DNA of 64,000 nt, taken from the NCBI GenBank assembly GCA_964608505.1, contig CAZSOV010000005.1:4114-68113 (forward strand), written 5' to 3'. The DNA is from an uncultured Verrucomicrobiota bacterium. Its GTDB lineage: Bacteria > Verrucomicrobiota > Verrucomicrobiia > Limisphaerales > CAIMTB01. Position 1 is the first letter of the stretch. The number at the start of each line of letters is the position of its first letter. A program made the position numbers and the translations under genes. Of this stretch, positions 35,348 through 47,300 are shown piece after piece. The notes below the pieces were generated by a model. That model did no database searches. It saw only the letters and a program-made list of their open reading frames with translations, and was not told the origin of the DNA.

Positions 35348-38300
35348 TCACCAATCGGTTTCGCGGAACCGGAAGAACGCCGCGCCGCCGGATGGCCACC
35401 GGATCCGCAATCGATGCACCCGGGTGCGGCCCTCGCCATCCCCGGCGACCGCGGTCTCGGAGGCGTCCGCCTCCACGGGCTGCCAATCCCGCAGGTCGGT
35501 GCTCGCTTCAATTCGGAACCGGACGCCGGCGGCGCTGGACCATTCCAGCTCGAACTCGGGGAAGTCGACAGAACCGGCCTCCGGCCCGGGCATGGCCGCC
35601 GGTTTCAGGGCGCGGACGCCGGAGCCCGGGCCGGGCCGGACACCGAGGGGCGTCGAGGGCGGGATCACGTCGGGCGGCGGGCCGGTGACGGTGCCGCCGA
35701 GCACCGGGAAGGCGCGGACGCGGATGTTGCTTCGGCTCTGGCCGTCGAGGCGCCCGCGGTTGACGAGCGTCGCGCCGGCCTCGAGGAAGAGCGTGTCGTC
35801 GACGCGCAGCACGGTGTTCGGGCCGACCTCCAGGCGACCGCGGACACGGACGGAACCTTCGACGTCCTGCCGGAACCCGGACCATTCAAGACTCCCCCCG
35901 GGGCCGGACACGATGGGGAACTCGCCGCGGATGCCGAGGGAGGAGGCGGCAAAGAGGACGTCGAGATCGCCGAAGTCGACGGGCCCGAGCAGGAGGATTT
36001 CGTCGCCGCGATACCAGTGCAGCGTGCCCTCACCGAGGAAGCGCGCGTCGGCGGCGATGGTGTTCGTGGCGCCCTCGAAGCGAGCCTCGGCCCCGTCGGC
36101 CACCGTCCAGGCCCCGGCCAGGGTCACGGGTCCACCGAGGTCGAGACGCCCGCCGAGGATGTCCCAGTTCCCGCTGCCGGAGGATTCGAGATCGAAATCG
36201 GCGACCTCGGCGCCTTCCTTGCGCAGGGTGCCGTCGTTGCGCAGGCGCCCGTAGCCGCCGGACGTCCAGGCGTAGGTGGTATCGTCGAGCGCGAGGAGAC
36301 CGCCGGAGAGGATGCGAAGCGTCCCGTCATCGAAGGTGAGGCGGGCCGAGTTGGTCATGGCGAACGTGCCAGCGATGTCGAGCGTGCCGGCGAGTCGCAT
36401 GCCGTTGAAACCGGAGGCCCTCGCGGTGGCGGTCGCGTCCACGGTCACCGGCCCGGCGCCGGCGACATCGCCCCCGGCCCAGACGAAGGATCGACCGATC
36501 CCGACGCGATCCCCGGCGTTCAGGGTGCCGAAGGTCATCCGCAGATCGCGGAGCCGCGAGGGGCGGAGCAATTCGAGCGTGCCGGCACGGATTTCGGTGA
36601 GACCGAGGTTGGTGAGGCTCTGACCGACGCGCACGTTGCCGCCGGACACGACCAGTGTCCCCTCCGGGGTGAACGCGCCGTCGACGACATGTTCCCCGGA
36701 GTGGAACTCGATGGCGCCCTCGCCGCCGAGGAGGCTGCCGGGAAGGTGGCGGAAGGAATTCTGGAAGTACGCGGTGCCGCCGGACGGCACCCGCAGCTGG
36801 GTCGCGTTGGTCCCGCCGTCGAACCAGATGTCGGTCGCCCCGAGTTCCTGGCGTCCGTGGGCGGCGAACGCGACGCCGCCGAACCGGACGTAGTTGGTCC
36901 CGGCCACAAAGGTGCCCTCGTTGAGGAACAGGTTTGTCGTGGAGTTCCCGGACAGCGTCGTATAGCCGCTGAACCGCACCTCGCCACGGTTGATCCAGCG
37001 CGCCGCGTCGAACGTCACGAACACGAAGGGATCGACCTCGATCCGTCCCTCGTTGGTCAGGTCCACGCCCAACTGAAGACCGCCGCCCCCGATGTGCCCG
37101 ACGAGGTTGGTGCCGAGGAGGAGTCTTCCGCCGCCGGAGAAGGTGCTGCTGCCGAGTTCGAGGGTGCGGTTGACCCGAAGGTCGGCCCGGAGCACCCACT
37201 CCGTGGACTGCACGTCCAGCGCGTCGAGGACATGGGGCACGTCGAGGATGACCTGTCCACCCTGCGACTGGACGGTGCCACCGGGCGGCAGAGGTCGCCG
37301 GACGCGGACCATGGCGCCGCGATTGGCCCAGGCGCCGAGCGGCTCGAAGGCCCCGAGCAGGTCATGCGTGCCCGCGTCAAAGCGGATCTCGCCCGGCCCG
37401 CCGAGGAAGGAACCGGGGGCATAAAGGATGGTCGAAGCCAGTTCGAGCGCGGCGCCGTCCGCCACGCGGAGCTCACCGTCATGGGTGGACTCGGACTGGA
37501 TCTGAAGGGTGCCCTCGCGGACGTCGACCACGCCGCGGTTGTGGAGCACGAGCCACCAGAGGAAGGCGCGGTCCTCGCCGAGTTTGACGAGTGTGCCGGT
37601 ATTTTCGATGACGGCACCGTCGACGGGGAGGGCTCCCGTGAGCGTGACGGCGCCATGCAGCTCGGTGCGTCCGGAAAGAAGCAGCGTCGCGCGCTGGAGA
37701 CGCAGGGTGGCGTTGGTGTCGAAGATCGCGTTGCCCGCCACGCGCGTCGGGCGCTCGAGCACGAGCTGCCGGAAGGGCGGGATCCGCAGTTCGGCCCCCG
37801 CCGGGATGTCGAGCGAGCCCTGCCCGGAGAGGGTGCCGTACTCGGATTCGAGCAGCTTCGTCACGGTGACGGGACCGGGACCGTCGAGTTCGCCGGAGGC
37901 CAGCCGGAGTTGGTTCCAGGTCTGGGCGACGGCATTGGTGACCGAGGTGGAGGCGAGGAGGATGCCGGAGGCAAACTCGAGCGGGGCATCGATCCGTCCG
38001 ACGACACTTTCGAGGGCGAGTTCGCCGACCCCGCGGTTGGTGGAGCCGGGGGCGAATTCGACGGTGCCCGACTGCAGGGTGAGAGGTCCCTGCTCGGCCC
38101 GCAGCAGTCCGGCCTGGCGGAATCGGAACCCGACGATCGGATGCTCGTTGGTGCCGCGCTTCACCCATTCGCCGCGGTTTTCGAGGACGGGCCGACCGAA
38201 CTGGGACCGGATCTGGGCGCGATCCTGAACGACGCGTCCGCCGGCCTCGTTCGTGAATCCCGGCCCGCCGAACAACCAGGTCATGTTGGTGGAGATCAAA

Positions 38301-41300
38301 ACGGACCCGAGGTTGATCAGGGGCGCCTCGAAACGCGCGGTGCCGCCGAGCGCGGAACCGACAACCTCGAGACGTCCGGTCGGCTGCACGTGGACCGATC
38401 CGGGGCCGGAGACGTTGGCGGTGGAGAGGCGCAGGGTGCCCGCGACGTCGAGGCGGCCCTGGCCCTGGAGCGTGGCTCCGCCTTCCAGGAGGAGCAGGCC
38501 CGTGGCGGGCACGGTGCTGGGTCCGTTGATGCCCAGCGAACCGCCCGAAAGCCGGAGGGTCTGGATGCCGCTCCCGGCACCGCCGACGGTCAGCGACTCG
38601 ACGAAGACATTGCCGCTCAACCGCACCGCGTAGGTGCCCGGCAGATCGATGACCGCGTTGGTGCCGATGCCCGGCACGCCCGCGGTCCAGTTGGTGCGAT
38701 TGGCCCAATCGCCGTCGACGGGACGGGCCCAGCGGGTGAACCGCGAGTTGGCGCGGTCCTCGACCACGACGGGGATGGCGATGTTGGAGGTGATGAGCGA
38801 GAACGCGCGCCGGGCCGTGACCTGGAAGGTGACGACATGCGTGCCGGCGTCCTGGAACGACGGCCGGAGCAACACCCGACGCACGATGGGATTCGTCCCC
38901 GTGTGCCAGAAGTCCGCGAACCCGACGAAGGCCGGTCGCGGCAGGTCCGGCGCGAAATCGAGCGATACCAGGGTGAGGCCCGTTGCCGTCGCTGTCACCG
39001 CATTCGTCACGGACTCGCCCTCGCCCACCGTCATGGACGCGGGCGCGAGCACGAGCGCCTCGCCGGCGGCGCAGGGGGCGAGATCGTCGCCGTCCGGAAT
39101 CCCGTCGTCATCGGAGTCCGGATCGAGCGGACTCGGGCAGCCGCCGGTTCCTGGTTCGTCGCCATCGACGACGCGGTCGCCGTCGGTGTCGCTGTCGAAG
39201 GGATCGGTGCCGGCGAGGAACTCGGCGCGGTTGGGAAGCCGGTCGAAATCGAAATCCTCCGAGGCGTCCGCGGCAAGGAAGGGATCGAAGCGCCGGAGGC
39301 CGTGGACGAAGGAACGATCCGCCTCCCAGGCGTTGGGCAGGCCGTCGCCGTCGTCGTCGCCGTCGCGGCTCCGCAGGTCCAGCGCGACCTCGGGCAGGAC
39401 GAACTCCGTTCGCCCGGAGCGCACGGAGCGCGCGAGGAGACGGACGGACGGAGCGTTCGTCGGCACGACGACGCGGAACCGGGTACCGTCGGCGGGGAAG
39501 GTGTACACGTTGGCAGCCACTCCGTTCACGGCGAGTTGCCAGCCGCCGAACACGGAGTGATGCCGGACATCGATCTCGAGCGTCTGCCCCGGCACGGCGG
39601 GGACGCCGTTCGCCACGGACAGGCCCTGGACGTCCGCGACCCGGAACGTCTCGGAGCGGCCTTCGGCGGGCCAGGCCGCCCCGTCGGCGAGGTTGACGGC
39701 GTTGCCGTCGAGCCCGACCCAGCCGGGGAGCAGCCGCAACCGGACCTCCGTGCCCGGCGGCAAGGCGGGTCCGGTGGGCTGCACCGCCACCGAGGTTCCC
39801 GAAATGGTGACCCGGCGGGGGAGCGAACGGCCGTCCGCGGACAGGATCTCGAGCAGGTTGGTGTCGCAACGCCGGGCATCGAGGCTGGCATCGAAGTCCA
39901 CGTAGAGCGTGGACCACGGCGAGATGGGCTCGTCGTGGGGCGCGACCCAGACGTAGCCGAGATCCGCGGCGGCGATGCGGGCCAGGCGGGGTCCGACCAC
40001 GGAGCGCAGTCGGTAGGAGCGGGAAGTCCGCACCTCGTTGCCGGCGTCGTCGCTGGCGGTCAGATTGAGGACCACATTGCCGCCGCGCAGTCCGTCCGCG
40101 AGGGAGATCGGGAGTTCCTCGCGCCGGGGCACGTTGGGTTCCACGTCGAAGTCGAACCGGCGTTCGAAGATCACCGTCCCGGTCGCCGCGACGTTCCAAC
40201 GCAAGCGCCGCGAATTGTCGGACAATGTCGCGACGACCCGCAGCGGTTCGCGCGGGTCCAGCTCCGCGCGGTCCAGGGGCAACTCCGGCGTCATCCGGGG
40301 CGGCGTCGCGTCGCGGGTCGCGTACGTCAGCCGCGCGAGGTCCGACGCGGCGCCCGAATCGTCGTAGGCGGTCGCCTGCACCTCCACGGTGCCGCCGGCC
40401 AACGCCGCGGAGGGGAAGTCGAACACGAGATTCGTCGCGACGCCGTTCGGCGGCAGGAACAACTCGCGCGTCGCCGTGACCGCGCCGCGCAGTTCCACGC
40501 GCACCGCCGCCACCGTGGCATCGTCACGGGCGAGGACGGCGAAGCCGAAGCGGCGCCCGGTCTCGAGCGGACCGGACGGCGGCTCGACGCGCATCAGCTC
40601 CACGACCGGACGTTCGTTCGGTCCGACGCGGAGTTCGAGGACGGCGGCTTCGCCCGGATTGCCGGCGCGATCCACGCCGGTGGCCAGGAGGCGCACCGAA
40701 CCTTCCGCCGGCAGACGCACGGCGAACGAGTAGACCGGCCCGTCGGTGGCGACCCCCAGCTCCGTACCGTTGCGTGACCAACGCACCACGGCATCCGTCT
40801 CGGACGACTCGAGCAGCGCCTCGACCATGACGGTGGCGTTCGCGACGGGTCGCTGCCCTTCCCGCAACCGCAGGACGGCCACCCGCGGCCCCCGCGTGTC
40901 GAGCGTCGAGAAGCGGTTCGTCGTCGGCAACGCCACGTTCCCCGACAGGTCCTCGACGCCCCGCAGCTCGACGCGATAGGCGGTATCCGGAAGCAACGGG
41001 CGCGCCGGCACCCAGGCCAGAACCCGACCGTTCGGATTCAGTCCGGCGGCGCCGTCGACGCGCACCGTCCCGGCCCAGAGCGCCACGTCGATGCGGTTCG
41101 TGCGGATCGGTTCATCGAATTCCCAGCGCAATCCGGCCATGGGCTCCACCTCGGCGGCCTCGGGACCGGGGAAGGCGAGCAAGGTCACCGGCGGCAGGTA
41201 GTCGCGCACGGTGAAGGAAAGGAGTTCCGTGCGGGCCAACGGGCGTCGCTCGAGATCCTCCGGCCCGCGGGACACCGGGCGGCCCGAGGCATCGACGTCA

Positions 41301-44300
41301 TCGGCGCCGGAGATCACCAGCGTGTAGCTCGTCGCGCTGGCGAGGTTGGTGCGCGGCAGAGCGGCCAGCACGGTCGCCGGACCCTCGGGGCCATCCTCGA
41401 GAGCCAGATCCAATGCCTCTTCCCGCCCCGCGCCGCGCAGCACGATGCCCGCGGCCCGGATGCTCTCGGGTCGGAGTGCCTCGGAAAACCCGAGGATGAT
41501 CCGGGGGCGGGGTTCGACGCCCGCCGCGCCCGCCGCGGGCGTCGTCGAGCGGATCCGCGGCGCCTGCTGATCCAGCCGGAGCCGCCCGAGATCGACGACC
41601 TCGCCGTTCGCCGCGATGCGCGCGACGACGGTGCGCCGCCCGTCGAGGGCCGGCACCGCGATCCGGACCTCGATGGGCGTGGCGACGGGCAATCCCTGCG
41701 CTTCGAACGCGCCGAGCCCGTCGGCCAGCGCGCGGACGAATCCGGCCTGCCCGTTCTGCGCCGTGAAGAAGAAGCCCACCTCGACGGCGCGCAGTTCATT
41801 GCCGTCCTCGTCCTCGATCCGTCCCCGCACCGAGCCGCTGCCGCCCAACCGGAGATCGACGAGTGCCGTGGCATTCGGTGCCGCGAGGGTTCCGCCGCCG
41901 AAGGCCGCGAGGGCTCCCGACACCGCCCGGACCGTCAACGCCCCCAGCCGCACTGCGTCGAGCACGAAGGTCCCGTCCGCCTCGGTCAACGTCCGACGCG
42001 TCGTCTCGCCGAATCCGGGGTCGAGGGATTCCACGACCACCAGCGCGTTCCCTACGAGGGCGCCGCCGGCGCTCCGGACCGTGCCCGTGACGCGGCCCGA
42101 CCCCGGCAGGCGCACGGTCGTCCGCACCACCTCGCCGGCGACCCGCAAGGTGACGTTCGTCGCCGCCACGTTGACGCCCTGGCCGACCCCTCGCGGCAGG
42201 GTTTCGATCAGGATGCTTCCCAGGTCGAGCCTCTCGAAGGTGGCCAGGCCCGCCGCGTCGGTGTCCGTCACCATGCCTTCACGCCCGCCGCGGGCCCGCA
42301 CCGGCACCCCGGCGGCCGGAGTCGTGCCGTCGGGTTCCAGAACGCGCACCTCGACGGTACCCCACCCGGGCAACGCGAGGTCCACCCGCACCCGGCTCTC
42401 GCCCGCCACGAAGGTGCCCCGCGCCGACGCGTAGCCCCCGGCGACCGGGTCCGTTGCGGTCAGGGCAAATTCACCGCGGGGCACGCCCTGGAACCGGAAG
42501 TCGCCCGCGGGTCCCGTGGTCACCGTTCTCGGAGGAGTCAGACCGCGCCCGTCCGCGTAATTCACCTCGACCCCCGACACGCCCGGTCCGTCGGCGGCGG
42601 TCACGAAGCCCTCGACATCGCCGAGGGGTTCCTCGACCAGAGTCACGCGGACCCGCTCGTTCGCGGTTGCGAGGCGGGCGGTTTGCACGGCCACGCGTCC
42701 GTCCGTGGGATTGCGGGCCGTCAGATGGTAGGACCCCAGGGGCACGCCCGGGATGGCGAAGTTCCCATCCGCACCGGTCGGAGCCGTGGCGATCAACACC
42801 CCGTTGCCCGAGCCGGACCGGGCAAAGACCTGGGCACCCGGGATCGGCCTGCCGGTGCCTTCCTCGAGGAACACGCCGGAAATCGTTCCCGAAGCACCCA
42901 GCGTCACCGTCCGTTCCACGACGTCCCGGGGAGCGACCCGCACGCCGTCGAGGGCGGTGGCCCGCGTCGCGCCCTCGAGGGCCTCGGCACGCAGCATCCA
43001 CTCGCCCTGCCACAAGCCTTCCACCGTGGCCCGGCCTTCGTCATCCGTGACCGCCTGTTCCCCGGTGGATTCCGGGAAGGACGAGCGCGTCAGCGTGACC
43101 ACCGCGTTCGTCGCGGGACGTCCGTCCGCCCGGAGCACGCGGACGCGGACGGCGCCGCGGTCGAGGAGCCGGACGGTGGTGAAGTTGGTGATGCCGCCGA
43201 CGATCCTCACCGAACTGGCGCCGACGAGGCCGGTGACGAGATTCGTCGCGAGCACCGAATAGTCCAACGCCGGCAGCCGGATCTGGGTGTCGAAACGGCC
43301 CTGGTCGTCGACCCCGATCACGTAGTCCGACGTGAAGGAAATGTGGACGGCGCCGTTGGTGACCGGTGAACCATCCGGGTTGAGGACCAGGCCGGTCAGG
43401 CGACCCGTGACGTCGGTCTGCGAGGGGAAGCGCAGGACCACGTTGGTTCGCGTCGGCGCATCGGCGCGCAGCACCCCCTCCACCTGCGCCTGGCCGACGA
43501 GCAGGGGCGACTTCGCCGTGACCGTGAAGGGGCCGACGATGAAGCCGCTCGCCGACCACTCGCCGGTCGAGGGATCGCTGAGGAACGGACCGAGCTCGAC
43601 CACGCCGGCACCGCCGGACTTGCTGGGGCCGACGGCCGACACGCTGACCTGGGCTCCGACGGGCACGCCCTGCGGGTTCACCACCGTGCCCGAGAGGCGC
43701 CCCGAAGGCAGGTAACGGATGTCATGGACGACGGTCTGGCCGTCGAAATCCAGGGTCGCCGAGGTGAACCCCCAATTCGCCGGCACGAACGGCGTGGTGG
43801 TGAGCCGGCCCATGCTGCCCTGCGCGTAGAGGTTGGCGAGTTCGCCCACGAGCGCCGCCGCCGCATCGGCGTCCCCACCGCCCGCCGCCGACCCGATGGC
43901 CTCCAGCGCCTCCGCCGCCAGTTCATCCGCCTTCTTCTTCACCGGAGGCGCGGGCGCGCTGATCGTGTACCCGCCCAGGCCCAGCCCGTTGAACTCGTAT
44001 TCGCCGTTGGCATTGGCATCCACCCAGAGGAACCCGGCCGTCACCGGGATCGCCACCCGCACCCGCGGCACCCGGGTCACGCCCGTCCCGTCGTACACCA
44101 CCCCCCGGATCCGTCCCCGCGCCGGCAGACGCAATTCGACCAGATCGTTCAGCCCGGGTTTCACGACGATCTGAACGGTCGCGGTGCGGGTCACGCCGTC
44201 CGATGTGTCGGGGCCGTCGAGTCCCGCGAGAATGTTCCCCACGCCCACCGGGACCCCGGTGAGTTCGAACCGGCCCTGGGCGTCCGTCGTCACCACGCGG

Positions 44301-47300
44301 TCGCCGCCCCCGACCCGGGCCCCGGCCGCGGGGGTGCCGTCCCAGCGTCGCACGATTCCCCGCACCACCGCCCGGGGCGGGAAGGCCAGCCCGAGGGATA
44401 CCGTCGTTCCGTCCACGACCAGGAGATTCCGCACCTCGGTCTTCCGCGTGCCATCCGCGGAGACGGCGACGATCTGCCAGTTCCCCACGGGGATGCGCGT
44501 CAACCGGAAGGCGCCGTCGGCATCCGCCTCCGCCGACCCCGCGACCCCCGCGGCCGATTCGCCGGCGATGTGTTCCGCCAGGTACACGCGCGCCCCGGGA
44601 TGCGGTGCCCCTCCTTCCTCCGCGACCCAACCGGTGACCGTGCCCGTCCGTTCCCGCACGTCCGGCACCCGTACTTCCATCGTGGCGGTCGAGCCGGGTT
44701 CCGCCAAGCGCCCGGACACGCGTCGCGCGCGACCGTCCGACGTGGTGGCCTCGAGGCCGAATTCGCCCAGCGGCACGCCCGTGAACCGGAACCCGCCTTC
44801 GTCGTCCGCGAACACGCCGCGTCCGAGCTCCCGCGAATCCAGGGCCGGGAACAGGTTCACCGCCGCGCCCGGCAAAGGCGCGCCGTTCGCCCCGAGCACG
44901 CGACCCTCCACCGTGCCGCGCCCCCGAAACCGCAACACGACGGCCAGTTCGCTGCCCATCCGTCCATCCCCGACCCCGATGTAGTCCGAATAGGTCGCCC
45001 GATCCACGCCTTCCGCCGCCGCGATGGCCGCCCCGATCTCGCCGGCCCTGAACGCGCGCAGCATCGCCTCCCGCACCTGGGCGCCAGCCAGCAACCCGGC
45101 AATGCGCTCCCGGGACTCGGGATCGCCCCCCACCACTTCCTCCAGCACGCCTAGAATCGTCCGCGCGTCCTCGTCGGTCATCCGGGAGGTGTCGATGGCC
45201 GCAATCGTGAAGCCCACGTCGGCGAGGACGAAATCCAGCGCGAAATAGCCCGCGGCATCCGTGAACACTTGACCCGCCCGGTATTCCGCCGGCAGGCAGC
45301 GGTCCCCCACCCGGTCCGACATCGTCAACGTCACCGGCGCGCCCGCGACCGGGTTTCCGTCCAACCCCAGCACCCGCCCCCGCACCGAGGTCCCCTGGCC
45401 GTCCGCCATCAGGACGTCCAGGTCCTGCGGGGACGACAAATGCCCCCGGGGATCCGGGAGCGAAGCCACTTCGAGCCGGTAGGAACGGGGCCGCACCGCG
45501 AAGGAACCCACGCCCCGGTGTAGTTGCAGCAGACACACCCGCCCGCCCTCCTGCAGCTTCACGGTGCGGGCCCCGTTGTCCCCCCCGACCAATCGATAAG
45601 CGCCCGGCGTCTCGACGTCCCCCGGCGCCATGGGCTTGTTGAACAACACCGCCAACACCGTCCCCCAGTTGGCGTACTCCCGGATCGGACAGCGCAGGTA
45701 GGCGCGATCCGACAGGATGGAAATGTCCTGCCGCGCGCTCAGCACCCGCGGCGCTTCCTCCTCGAAGACGGACCTGCGTGGCTCGAAGGGTCCCGCGGGC
45801 GTGCCCTGCACCCTCCGCAACCCGGCGTCCACGCCCGGCCGGAATGCGAACACGTCCCCGACCGACACCGGGCCCGTCGTCCATTGCCAGCGTTCCACCG
45901 TCCCGTTCGTCCGCACCGCGAGGAAGCCGATCTCGCCCCCGCCGCCCGCCGCGGTGGCGGTCCAGCGCAATTCCCGATCCGCGACCGCCGGGCCCGCGTA
46001 CCAGGCCCCGCGGCGGCCCTCGTACACGAGGCCGCGGTCGAGGACGGCTCCGGCAATCCCGGTCGCGTCGTTCGTCGCGTTTGCGGTCGGGACGGAATCA
46101 GGCACGGGCTGAACCGACAGCGCGAATCCGGACTGCGGCGCCGTCGCGAGGTGCCAGGCCTGGCCCAACCCCGCCAGGCTCGGGCCCAGGCCCGCGATCC
46201 GCGCCGCCGCGTCCTCGGTGTCGAGCCCCTCCAGCGCCGCGACGATGGCCTCGCGCCATTCCCGCCCGGCATCCGACTCGCGCAGAATCTGGTCGAACCC
46301 GGGATCGACCCGGCGTCCGCCCTGCCAGTCGAGCAGCAGATCGAAAAGCACGCGGCGCGGGTCGTCGCCGTAGCGCAGGCGCTGGCCGGCCTCGGCCAAC
46401 TCGACGCCGCGGGCCGTGACGACATCGCGGGTCAACGGCCGGATGCGGGCGGGCAGGCGCCCCGCGGTGGCCACGCCCAGGGCCTGGCCCATCACCCGGT
46501 TCGCGGCATCGAACACCTCCTTGGGCAGGGCCTGGACCCAGTCCGGGTACACGAGGGTGTCCGGGCTGAGCGGCACGCCGCGCGAATCGACGCCCAGCGT
46601 CAGGTTCAACCGGCCCGCCACGGCGTCGTCCCCCGTGGTCAGGTTCGAGAAGATCACGCTGCCGGTGCGCTGGGACCGCAGCCGGAACGTCGCGGTCGCG
46701 GATTCGCCGGGGGCGAGGTTGCCCAGTTCCACCGTCTCCTCGCTCAACAGGACGGCGCCGCTGATCGACAGCCGGTTGAGCGTGACGCGTGTCAGGTTCG
46801 CCTCGACCTCGCCCGTGTTGAGGAGCGTGACGCTCGCCTCGTAGGGCTCGCCGACGCGCACGGTGCGCGGATGGGAGAACGTCATCGAGAAGTTCGCGTT
46901 CCGCACCAGGACCGAGCCCACGGCCCGGCCGCGCACCCGCGTCACGCCCGCGGCAAGCCCGTGCAGTTCCGCCTCCAGATCCATCTCGAGCACGTGCAAT
47001 CCCTCGCGCAGGCCCTCGACCAGGAACTCCGCCGCCCCGGTCTCGCCGGGCCGCAGCCGGCTGACGTCGTCCTCCGTGCCCGTCCGGCCATCCGCGCCGG
47101 CCAGCATCACCGGCAGGTTGGTCTGGATGAGGCGGTCGGGCCCGAGCCGCGCCATGCGCAGCGGGTCGTCCCCGGGCTGGTCGTAGGCCCGCGCCGGCAC
47201 GCCGTCCTTGCCCACCGGCAGCCGGATCGTCGCGCGCACCTGGTCGACCGCGAGGTTCGAGCCGGACGGAGCCGCGTTCTCGGTGAACAGCTGCACGCTG